64,000 nucleotides of DNA from a virus. Where the stretch lies: IMG/VR virus record IMGVR_UViG_2910705042_000001; one strand, 5' to 3'. A program made the translations under genes and the position numbers. Below are positions 29,467 through 37,977 of this stretch, piece by piece (within the stretch, counting starts at the first letter, position 1; every line of letters starts with the position of its first letter). The notes under the pieces were generated by a model. It made no database searches, was not told the origin of the DNA, and was given only the letters and a program-made list of their open reading frames with translations.

Positions 29467-30932
29467 ACCAACTCGACCAAGTAGGTGGACTCCTCTGCCA
29501 TTCAGGGACTCCTTCTTTCACGTTCACTGACTCAGGAATTGAACTGACCGACACGGCCATTGGTGTCATCCGCCGCAAGAAGTGGTCAGTGTCGGCTATG
29601 AAGGCTCAGCATGGGTGTCGGGCACGCTTCGGGGTGGAAAAGCTCGTGCCGTGGAGGGTGGTTCCCCATTCTCCGGCCCACATCGGCACGGTCTTCCATA
29701 GTGTCATGGAGAATCTGGCGGGATTGCCCGGCCCGGCACGCACACCGGATAAAGCCGCAGCGCTCATCACGGATATGATTCGGCGCGAAATCCGGGCCGG
29801 GGTTCTCACTGATGATGACATGGTGGCCTATACCGACCGGGTGCGACCTCTTGTCACACGTATGTTCGAGATTGAGAATGTCGCCGCGATTGACACGTTC
29901 GCCTGCGAGAAATGGGTGAACCTGACGATCAGTGGTGTTCCGTTCACCGGTGCAGTGGACCGGCTGGATACAACGTCCACCGGTGGGCTGAAAGTTGTGG
30001 ATTACAAGACCGGCAAGGTTCCCAACCTTCGTTTCGGAGACGACCACGGAGACCAGTTACGTGTCTACGCATGGGCCGTCCCGCGTGTCCTCAAGCGCGA
30101 GGTCGATGAAGCATTCCTCTACTATCCGGCCGCCCCTACCCGGGCAGATACCGTGCGCCAGGTGGACTTGTCTGAGGATGCGGTTGCCCGTGTCATCGAC
30201 GACATTCCGGCCACCTATGCCCAACACATGAAAGACATGACTGACGCCTTCCTGCCGTTTGAGACCGGGCCACTGTGTGCATGGTGTCCACTGTCGGCGC
30301 TGTGTCCTGCCGCCCATGCGGCAGGCATTCAGCCGAGCGAACGCTATGACGGCGCACTTGACCCAGCCCAGACCGGACTCCTCACACCAACGCCTGCCAT
30401 TGTCACACCCGAGCCTGCCCCCAACCCGGACGATGAGTTGCCCCGACAGGCACTGGATCGCCTGCGTCCCACGCCCGCACACACAGAAAGGGAGGGAAAG
30501 GACACCATCATGCCGATTTTTGACGAAGCCAAACCGTGGGAAGAGACCCGTGGGGTCAACGCCAACGCCTATTCGACCGCCACCGCATTCGGACTTATCG
30601 CACTCGCAGCCGAAAAACTCCACGAGCAGGGTCAGGGGGCGGTGATGGAAGATGTTGAAGCTCTCGCAGGGACGTTCGACTGGATGATTCATGCCGTGGC
30701 GAGCAAGGTCTCCCAGACAGACGACCCCGAGGCCGGTATTCACACGCGCCTGTCGGGTGCACTGCGCACGAGTCTTCTCATCCATCCCATCCCCACCACG
30801 TTCGAAGTGGCCGACTGGAAGGCGTGGCAAAAGACAACCGCTAAGACGATGCTCACGGTCTGCGGTATCGCCTACGACATGTGTGATGCGAAGACACCCA
30901 AGACCAACGCCATCATCTCCTACCTTTCCTGA
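29463..30932 (+). CDS. RecB-family PD-(D/E)XK exonuclease (Fe-S, 4 Cys) with fused C-terminal domain
   Basis: SVSAMK...C, GT.FH..ME, GAVDRLD, VVDYKTG, QL..YA, CAWCP...LC. Start at 29463 (ATGA overlap, motif 9 nt upstream). Confidence 0.85.
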   Translation: MNQLDQVGGLLCHSGTPSFTFTDSGIELTDTAIGVIRRKKWSVSAMKAQHGCRARFGVEKLVPWRVVPHSPAHIGTVFHSVMENLAGLPGPARTPDKAAALITDMIRREIRAGVLTDDDMVAYTDRVRPLVTRMFEIENVAAIDTFACEKWVNLTISGVPFTGAVDRLDTTSTGGLKVVDYKTGKVPNLRFGDDHGDQLRVYAWAVPRVLKREVDEAFLYYPAAPTRADTVRQVDLSEDAVARVIDDIPATYAQHMKDMTDAFLPFETGPLCAWCPLSALCPAAHAAGIQPSERYDGALDPAQTGLLTPTPAIVTPEPAPNPDDELPRQALDRLRPTPAHTEREGKDTIMPIFDEAKPWEETRGVNANAYSTATAFGLIALAAEKLHEQGQGAVMEDVEALAGTFDWMIHAVASKVSQTDDPEAGIHTRLSGALRTSLLIHPIPTTFEVADWKAWQKTTAKTMLTVCGIAYDMCDAKTPKTNAIISYLS

Positions 30933-30955
30933 CACGACCCGCACGAAGGACACTC

Positions 30956-31537
30956 ATGACCCCCGAAGACATCGCGTACGCCGCATTTGGTGCTACACCC
31001 CGCCAGTCCGACGAGTCCGACACGGACTGGGAGAACCGGGTGGCTCGCACCGGACAGAAGATCGCTCTGGCCGTCTCCAATCCGGAAACCACCATTATGC
31101 GGGCCATTGCTCGCGCCATCCCCGCACCCGACGACAAGCCGTTTCGCGCCACCATTGTTGACGTGCGACTGGAGAAGCGTTCCAAGCGCACCATCGTCGA
31201 GACGTGGAGTGAGAAGAACGCCTCCGCAGACAAGATCGTCAAAGACGAACATGGTGACGATATGCCTCCCGGGCACGAGATCATTCGCACCCCCGCCAAC
31301 TTTCCGGGGACGATCGACGCTCTCGTCTGTAAGGAGCTGACCACTCGTGCGATTGCACTTATGGGTCATCAGATCCTCGTCTTCAAAATACTCGAGTCGT
31401 TCCAGAAGAACGGCAACACACTCAAGTCGAGAGTCATGCTCGACATGCGCGACCTCGGTGTTGACGATCGCTTCGAGGTCATCTATCGCACCAATGCTCG
31501 GGGGGAGAAGATACCGAGTCGGGCCGAACTGGTCTGA
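30956..31537 (+). CDS. Hypothetical protein
   Basis: 193 aa, RBS GAAGGA. Confidence 0.65.
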   Translation: MTPEDIAYAAFGATPRQSDESDTDWENRVARTGQKIALAVSNPETTIMRAIARAIPAPDDKPFRATIVDVRLEKRSKRTIVETWSEKNASADKIVKDEHGDDMPPGHEIIRTPANFPGTIDALVCKELTTRAIALMGHQILVFKILESFQKNGNTLKSRVMLDMRDLGVDDRFEVIYRTNARGEKIPSRAELV

Positions 31538-31555
31538 CTATCGTCCCGTGTATGA

Positions 31556-31587
31556 GTGGACCCACCTAGGTGAACAGGTGGGTCCAC
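31556..31587. promoter_or_regulatory. 12-bp perfect inverted repeat directly upstream of the CCGCACAC site heading the transfer operon
   Basis: GTGGACCCACCT-N8-AGGTGGGTCCAC. Confidence 0.6.
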
Positions 31588-31609
31588 GTCTTTTCCGCAC
31601 ACAACACAT

Positions 31610-32206
31610 ATGAACACCGACCGGAAGGAAGAATCCATGACAGTCCAGTGGCCCTACGATGACGGATCGCCCGACGAAACCCCCACCAGCGCTGGGGAAG
31701 AACCCACCTTGGAGACACCCGCTCAGGAGGAGGATAACGTTGAAGCGCCTACCGGGCAGACCCGACGCCGAAAGAAGAAGAACGCTGTCGGCTCTGCCTC
31801 ACGCGAGCAGCGCCGCAAGTTCAAGGACATCGCCCTTAAAGCAATCCAGTTGTACGAAGCCGCCCCTCTCTCACGCGATTACGTGGCGATCGAGTTGGGC
31901 ATCAAGTCTTCCCGGCCCGAAGATCTCGCGATCGAAGCCCTCACGACTACCCGAGAGATGTCACCTCTGGGCGACATCCTCGCCATGTACACTCACGACA
32001 AGTTCGACATCCTCATGGAACTGGTTGGCAAGAACCGCGAAGAACATCGCACCATCTGGAATGCGTTGAAGGCATTGGGTGCGGCAGACGATACGCCCCT
32101 GCCCGCCGATGAACGAGAATCGGCCCGAGTCCTCGTGGATGCCATCACCTCCATCGACTCGGACACCGGCACCGACATTGCCACCGCCCTCGACCTTCTC
32201 GACTGA
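31610..32206 (+). CDS. Hypothetical protein
   Basis: 198 aa; alternative start 31637. Confidence 0.65.
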   Translation: MNTDRKEESMTVQWPYDDGSPDETPTSAGEEPTLETPAQEEDNVEAPTGQTRRRKKKNAVGSASREQRRKFKDIALKAIQLYEAAPLSRDYVAIELGIKSSRPEDLAIEALTTTREMSPLGDILAMYTHDKFDILMELVGKNREEHRTIWNALKALGAADDTPLPADERESARVLVDAITSIDSDTGTDIATALDLLD

Positions 32207-32208
32207 CC

Positions 32209-32475
32209 ATGAAGTGTCGAAGCTGGAAAACTGTGGGGTCCCTTGCACATCAAGGGACCCCCGGGCGGCGACCCACCTGGACCCGATGCCACAACCCAGT
32301 CGAACCCGGACAGGTGCGCTGCCGCGACTGTTGGAACACCCTAGCCACCCACCCCGACCCAGACGTGCGCATTGCCCTAGCAGGTGAAGCGAACATTCCA
32401 GAAGACATCGCCGACTTCCTCGCTCACGATCCCGATCCGCGCGTCGTCGCCGCCATGGAAGGGCCACGATCATGA
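32209..32475 (+). CDS. Small Zn-finger plus short HEAT/LRV-like repeat protein
   Basis: C..P....RC.DC, then LATHPDPDVRIALA / LAHDPDPRVVAA. Confidence 0.55.
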   Translation: MKCRSWKTVGSLAHQGTPGRRPTWTRCHNPVEPGQVRCRDCWNTLATHPDPDVRIALAGEANIPEDIADFLAHDPDPRVVAAMEGPRS

Positions 32476-33521
32476 GACAGAAGAATCCGTGGGACACCGA
32501 CCTAGAGGACGCTCCCCGCTCCGATATTCCCGCAACAGGGAAGGTCGCCGCTCGCGCCAAACGGACCCGACGCTACGTCACGTTCGCAACTATCTCCCTG
32601 CCCGTCCTCCTCTTCGTTTTCATCATGATTCTCGGCTCACTTCTGCTGGGGTCGGGCTCAACGAGTGAGACGGATAGCTCCGAGCTTTCCGCCACCGAAC
32701 AAGCAGGCCGGGCGCTTGCTATCCAGACGGTACAGTCGTGGCTCGACTCAGACCCAGCCCCACTGCCGTCTGGTGAGCTCGTCACGTGGGATGCGGTCGA
32801 ATCCATCCCCTCTGTTTCTGCCACCGCCGATTCCAGTATGTCTGCCAGCACGGCAGATACGGACAGTTCTGGTTGGCCGGTGGATGTGCATACCTTGACT
32901 GTGGTGGCCACCTCGACCGGGCAGATGTTCCACACGCAGGTGGCGCTTACCAATACGAGTGCTGATCCGGTTGTCTCCTCAACTCCATCCCTCATCCCGT
33001 ACACCCCAGTGTCTGAGACGAATGCGAACTCGTGGGCTGACCCGATCGTGCCAGTCGGATTGGATGATGAAGCCCTCTCCACATCGGTCCAGACATGGGC
33101 GGAAGCCTACTTCTCTGGAGACGCATCTAAGCTGCGGCAAGCTGTTGGCGACACGGACACGAACCACACCTACATTCCCATGCCCGCTGCGAGCGTCGAC
33201 GTCACAATTTTGGCCACGTCAGCATTGGAGGAGCTCGAAGATTCCAGCCAGAGTCCGGACACCATCATTGCCAACGTGGCTGTTGCAGCCATATGGCCGT
33301 CTACGGATGAGTCGGGCGAGTCAACCACCCCCACGCCGATCAGTTTCGATGTTCTCATCATTGACGCAAACACGGCCTCTCCACGGGTTGTGACGTGGGG
33401 CGGGTCAGGGACGGGTCCGACATTGGAGGCATACGGGAACGCCCTTTCGGGGGTGTCGGTGGACAGCCCGGCCCAAGATTTGACCCAGTCAGCATCCCCC
33501 ACGTCAGAGGCAACCTCATGA
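32472..33521 (+). CDS. Conjugal transfer protein, TcpC/VirB8-like
   Basis: Single N-terminal TM and two extracellular domains (..WAEAYF.GD...L); precedes the VirB4-like gene. Confidence 0.55.
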   Translation: MRQKNPWDTDLEDAPRSDIPATGKVAARAKRTRRYVTFATISLPVLLFVFIMILGSLLLGSGSTSETDSSELSATEQAGRALAIQTVQSWLDSDPAPLPSGELVTWDAVESIPSVSATADSSMSASTADTDSSGWPVDVHTLTVVATSTGQMFHTQVALTNTSADPVVSSTPSLIPYTPVSETNANSWADPIVPVGLDDEALSTSVQTWAEAYFSGDASKLRQAVGDTDTNHTYIPMPAASVDVTILATSALEELEDSSQSPDTIIANVAVAAIWPSTDESGESTTPTPISFDVLIIDANTASPRVVTWGGSGTGPTLEAYGNALSGVSVDSPAQDLTQSASPTSEATS

Positions 33522-36031
33522 AACTCGTCGACTTCACGGTGACAGAAAAGTCCGACCGTCCTGTCTATCCGACCTCCATTATCGGGTCGACCCCCGACGG
33601 GCGTTTCTTTTGTGAGGGAGGGCCGATGTGGGCCTATTTTGCGGTTCCTCTCAACCCGACTTTCGATGCCAAGACGGAAGAGCTGCGGTTGCAGACCCCG
33701 GCTCCCCTGTACAACGCTCTGGATGAGCTGTGCCGCATGAACAAGATCAGCGGTATCAAGCTGCGCAGGATTCAGAGGGGCGGATACCGCCAGTTCCATA
33801 TCCTGTCCATCAACCTTGACGCCATGTTCCACACTCCCTACGCCGATGAGCTCTCCGACATGCTCAACACGTATTACGAGGACGTGCGCACCATCCGTCG
33901 TGTTGTTCTCCTCGGTGTTCAACTCAACGCGTCGGTCACCTCTCACGGACTGTGGGGAGCGGTTGAGTCGATTGCCTCCACATTCCAGTCGGGACGGGCA
34001 CCCGCCTCAGATTTCGATGATGACTTCACCCGTGTCAAGACAACAATGGCTCGCCATGGTCTGGGGCGGGTGACCAAGGCGGACATGGCGTTGGCCCGCT
34101 CGTGGTGGAATCTGGGGCGCCCCTCGGACACCTACTACATGGCTGAACCCAGCCGGTATCACCTGTTCCGCACCGCCGATGCGGCATCCCAGTGTCAGAA
34201 TCTTTACGAGGCGAAAGTCCCCAGTTCACAGTGGCCCGACTCGCCGGATCATTACTGTGTCACCATGGCATCCGTACGTGAGTTCGACATTCCACACGGC
34301 ACGGATGCCCTGTCTGCGGAAGCCTCTTGGTTGTCTGCCCTCATCGACAACGACGCCTTATGCATCTCCATCCGGGGCGCTCTCGAACCGGGGATCATCA
34401 CTGCCCGGGAAATTGACCGCAACACCACCGGATACACGAGTGACGTGAACGAGGCGGCCGCCAACGGACGCAACGCCACCCCCGAGCAGCAGGACAAACT
34501 CAACCAGTTGGCCTATATGCGCGACGTATATCGGGGTGCCGGTGCCCCCACAACAGCCACGGACGTGTCCGTCACGGTCGCGTTTAATGGGGATGGGTCA
34601 GATCTGGACAAGATGTCGATTCCTCTCATCGACGTGTCGAAGATGGAGTCGCGTCAGGTCGGTGCGATGGCGGAGACATGGCTGTGCCCGGTCACTCGGG
34701 TCAACCCTGCCCGTCACGACCTGCCGTTGGAGACGATCGCCTATTCGGGCATCTGTTCCCTCTCCCATGTGGGGGATCACCCGAAAGGCTCCGCACTGAC
34801 CGGATTCACCGAGCGGGACCGTCAACCGGCGTGGACCAACCCGGCTGCCGCTATGACTCTTGCCGATTCCCCACCACTGGTAGGAGTGTTCGGTATGTCT
34901 GGTTCGGGCAAGACAATGTTCGGAGTGTGGCATCTCATCCAGTTCTCCGCACTTAGCCACAAGACCATCTTCATCAACCCGAAGGAAGAATCCGACTTCG
35001 AGCCGCTCTTCACCTACTACGGGGGAGTGACGATCGACCTGGGCGACATTGCCTCCTCGGACGGCATTCTTGACCCGTTACGTTTTGAGGTCGACCCTCT
35101 AGACGGCATCGACATGGCGATCTCGACCCTGAAGTTCCTAAACCCATGGGACAGGTCCGACCAGAACGTTGAGGTTGCCTTGTATGCGGCGATCCGGGCG
35201 GGGGTTCAAGCCGGTGCCACGTCCACCTTGGGTGCGTTGCACAAGGCTCGCGAACTCGGGGTTCCCGGCGCGACCCGGGAACTCATCGACCCCATCGAGA
35301 CTATTGTCCACGCGGTTCCCATGGCCTCGGCTCTCATTGGGACCGAGTCTTCGAAGAACCGTCTTGCCTTCGACAACGACCTCACCCTCATTCAACTTGG
35401 CTCGGCCAAACTCAACCTGCCCAAAGGTGGCAAGTTGTCCGAGACGATGACGCTGTCCGAACGTATCGCCGTTTCGGTCGTGCGCATGTTGGTGCGTGGT
35501 TCGACGATCGCGGTGCGCGGGGATGCCGGCGTGGTGGGGTTGGACGAAGCATGGATCTTCTTCGACACGGCTGGTGACGAACTCGAGTCGTTGGGGCGGC
35601 TGGCCCGCTCGATGGATGTGGCGATCTGGCTGTTGACCCAACGTGTGACAGATGTCCAGCGGGCCAACCTTTCCGACTTCATCTCCACCTCCTACATTCT
35701 GGGGATGAACGCGGAGGAGGAAGCGAAAGCTGCCTGTCGTCTGGCTCGTATTGAACCGACGCCCTCTCGTATCCAACGCATGATGGCGCCAGCCAAGATC
35801 AAGGGGCAGGGTGGGGCGACCGCATTTAACTGGGCTTCCCAGCGTGCCCTCGTCGACGAAGAGACTCGTAAGACGATCCGGGGAGCGATCTGTCTATACA
35901 TGGATGTGTCTGACCGAGCAGTTTATGTTGAGGTTCCCTTGCCAGACGAGTTCCTTCACTTGGCCTCCACAAACAAGATTGATCGCCAGCGTTCTGGGCG
36001 TGTAGCACCCGCGAGGAAATCCGCACACTAA
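33518..36031 (+). CDS. VirB4-like (TcpF/ConE-like) conjugation ATPase
   Basis: Walker A GMSGSGKT, FINPKE, Walker B LDEAW, L.RL.RS......LTQ. Start at ATGA 33518. Confidence 0.8.
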   Translation: MKLVDFTVTEKSDRPVYPTSIIGSTPDGRFFCEGGPMWAYFAVPLNPTFDAKTEELRLQTPAPLYNALDELCRMNKISGIKLRRIQRGGYRQFHILSINLDAMFHTPYADELSDMLNTYYEDVRTIRRVVLLGVQLNASVTSHGLWGAVESIASTFQSGRAPASDFDDDFTRVKTTMARHGLGRVTKADMALARSWWNLGRPSDTYYMAEPSRYHLFRTADAASQCQNLYEAKVPSSQWPDSPDHYCVTMASVREFDIPHGTDALSAEASWLSALIDNDALCISIRGALEPGIITAREIDRNTTGYTSDVNEAAANGRNATPEQQDKLNQLAYMRDVYRGAGAPTTATDVSVTVAFNGDGSDLDKMSIPLIDVSKMESRQVGAMAETWLCPVTRVNPARHDLPLETIAYSGICSLSHVGDHPKGSALTGFTERDRQPAWTNPAAAMTLADSPPLVGVFGMSGSGKTMFGVWHLIQFSALSHKTIFINPKEESDFEPLFTYYGGVTIDLGDIASSDGILDPLRFEVDPLDGIDMAISTLKFLNPWDRSDQNVEVALYAAIRAGVQAGATSTLGALHKARELGVPGATRELIDPIETIVHAVPMASALIGTESSKNRLAFDNDLTLIQLGSAKLNLPKGGKLSETMTLSERIAVSVVRMLVRGSTIAVRGDAGVVGLDEAWIFFDTAGDELESLGRLARSMDVAIWLLTQRVTDVQRANLSDFISTSYILGMNAEEEAKAACRLARIEPTPSRIQRMMAPAKIKGQGGATAFNWASQRALVDEETRKTIRGAICLYMDVSDRAVYVEVPLPDEFLHLASTNKIDRQRSGRVAPARKSAH

Positions 36032-36098
36032 GTCGGTGCGAGCGAAAGCCGTCGCTAAGCAGTAACAAAAAATGACCAGAACATGAAAGGGCTTTCTC

Positions 36099-36791
36099 AT
36101 GGCTCACATCATTGTCAACGGGAACATGACCGCTGACCCCACTTTCGGAACCAACAAAGAGGGCAAGGACTACGTGTCCTTCTCCATCGCTCACGAGTCC
36201 TACATTCGCGACAGGGACGGTGGACGTAAGGACGACACCCCGGTCCAGTACTACAACATCTACACGACCAACTCTGCCGTCGTGCAGTCCATGGAACGCA
36301 ACGAAACGATCGGTAAGGGTACTCGCCTCATCGTTTCGGGCAACGTCACCTTCGACTCCTACGTGACGCGTGATGGGGAAGAGCGTGACTCCTTCTCCAT
36401 CTACCCCGACTTCATCGGTGTTGACCTTGTCTTCTCCGACATTGTGTGGTCCCGTCCGGCCCGCCCGGATGAGGATGATGAACCTGCCCGCACCTCTCGT
36501 ACAAAGAAGCGTGCCAAGGCTACCCCCGTCGAGGACGACATTGACGAGGACGAGGACGAGGACGAGGTGGAAGACAAGCCTGCCTCTCGCCGCGCGTCAA
36601 CAACTCGTGGAAAGACATCTCGGGCCAAGTCCGCCCCCGTAGAGGACGAAGACGAGGAGGTAGAGGATAAGCCTGCCTCTCGCCGGGCAGCAACGGGTCG
36701 TGCCAAGACGGGCCGGGCCACAACAGGTCGTGCCAAGACGGGCCGGACCAAGGCGTCTGCCGCCGATGATATCGACGAGATGTTCGACTAA
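36099..36791 (+). CDS. ssb: Single-stranded DNA-binding protein with a long repetitive acidic/basic tail
   Basis: IIVNGNMTADP, KG..LIVSG.V....Y...DGE.R.S..I....IG; tail ends DDIDEMFD. Confidence 0.85.
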   Translation: MAHIIVNGNMTADPTFGTNKEGKDYVSFSIAHESYIRDRDGGRKDDTPVQYYNIYTTNSAVVQSMERNETIGKGTRLIVSGNVTFDSYVTRDGEERDSFSIYPDFIGVDLVFSDIVWSRPARPDEDDEPARTSRTKKRAKATPVEDDIDEDEDEDEVEDKPASRRASTTRGKTSRAKSAPVEDEDEEVEDKPASRRAATGRAKTGRATTGRAKTGRTKASAADDIDEMFD

Positions 36792-36818
36792 ACATCCACC
36801 CCATCTGTCAGACAGCCG

Positions 36819-37109
36819 GTGTACGTGCGTATGCCGGCTGTCTGCGTCATGGCAAAGGAGGAAACCGTGGAGCCGTGGCTGAACGACATCGCATGTTCCG
36901 GGGCCGACCCAGAGGTGTTCTTTGGTGGAAAGAACATGGTGGCCTTCACCATCGCGATGAGCATGTGCACTCGATGCCCTGTCCGCCAGGAGTGCCTGGA
37001 CTGGGCTATGACGTCCGAAGACCATACTGCACGCCCCCGACATGGCATTTTTGGGGGTCTGACTCCGGCTCAGCGCGATCAACTCCCTGACCGCACACTA
37101 CCCCTGTAG
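36819..37109 (+). CDS. WhiB-family Fe-S transcriptional regulator
   Basis: C.GADPEVFF...C..CPVRQECL...GIFGGLTP.QR; four Cys intact. Start may be 36849. Confidence 0.9.
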   Translation: MYVRMPAVCVMAKEETVEPWLNDIACSGADPEVFFGGKNMVAFTIAMSMCTRCPVRQECLDWAMTSEDHTARPRHGIFGGLTPAQRDQLPDRTLPL

Positions 37110-37128
37110 ACACGAGTGGAGGTGACCG

Positions 37129-37977
37129 GTGGCAGTAAAGAGTCCTCTTCTACGCACCCGCGTGGATGACATCATATGGTTTCTCACCGCCCGGTGGGCG
37201 AAGTGGGCAGGTTCAGTGGTTGGACTTGCCCTCATCGGGGTGTGCGTATGGATGTGGGCGGTGCCGTGGGTACAGGACCGACTCGAACCCACCGTCGTCG
37301 TCCAGCAGGAGATCATTGAAGGAAGCGCAAACCCAGACACGGTCAAGAAGTTGGCGTCAGCCCAAGTTGACCTGTCCACCTCTGTCACCCAGGCCACGAC
37401 GGTTCACGATGATCTAGCTGAGCTCATCACCTCCACTCAAAACGCGACGGCAGACAATCAGACCCGTCTGGATGGGGCCGATGCCCGCGACGCACTCGAA
37501 GAGGCGATCACGCTGGCACAACAGGTCGATTCGATCGACCCCACCGATTACGAATCAGCCCGCGCGAACGTTGTCGCGGCCACCAGTACCGCCACAGAGG
37601 CCATGGACACGATCACCGCCTCACATGAGAAGTGGCAAGCCGACCAAAAAACCTCCACACCCGCCCCAGCCGCCCCGTCCGCTACGACTGCGGCACCAAA
37701 ACCTGCCGCCACCACGAAGGCACCTGCCGTCACCACACAGGCTCCGGCGCCTTCGGTTGCTGCACCCACGCCCGCCCCGGCGGTGACATCTACTGGGTTG
37801 AAACTGACAGTCTCATGTGACCGTTCCTCAGCTATCAAAGTCGTCGGTAATGGCTCACTCACAGTCAATGGCTCTGGCGTCTCGTCGGGAGCGACGGTGT
37901 CGGGAACACAGTTCTCTCTGGCGACAACCGGAACGTCGTTGAGTTGGTCATGGGTCAGTGGAGGTAATTGTGCCTGA
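37129..37977 (+). CDS. Membrane-anchored extracellular protein (coiled coil, PT-rich linker)
   Basis: N-terminal TM; A/T/P-rich linker. Confidence 0.7.
   Translation: MAVKSPLLRTRVDDIIWFLTARWAKWAGSVVGLALIGVCVWMWAVPWVQDRLEPTVVVQQEIIEGSANPDTVKKLASAQVDLSTSVTQATTVHDDLAELITSTQNATADNQTRLDGADARDALEEAITLAQQVDSIDPTDYESARANVVAATSTATEAMDTITASHEKWQADQKTSTPAPAAPSATTAAPKPAATTKAPAVTTQAPAPSVAAPTPAPAVTSTGLKLTVSCDRSSAIKVVGNGSLTVNGSGVSSGATVSGTQFSLATTGTSLSWSWVSGGNCA

Noticed and set aside
29463-30500. Cas4 / CRISPR adaptation gene
   Set aside because: The Fe-S PD-(D/E)XK fold is shared with RecB/AddB-type exonucleases; no cas1, cas2 or array nearby.
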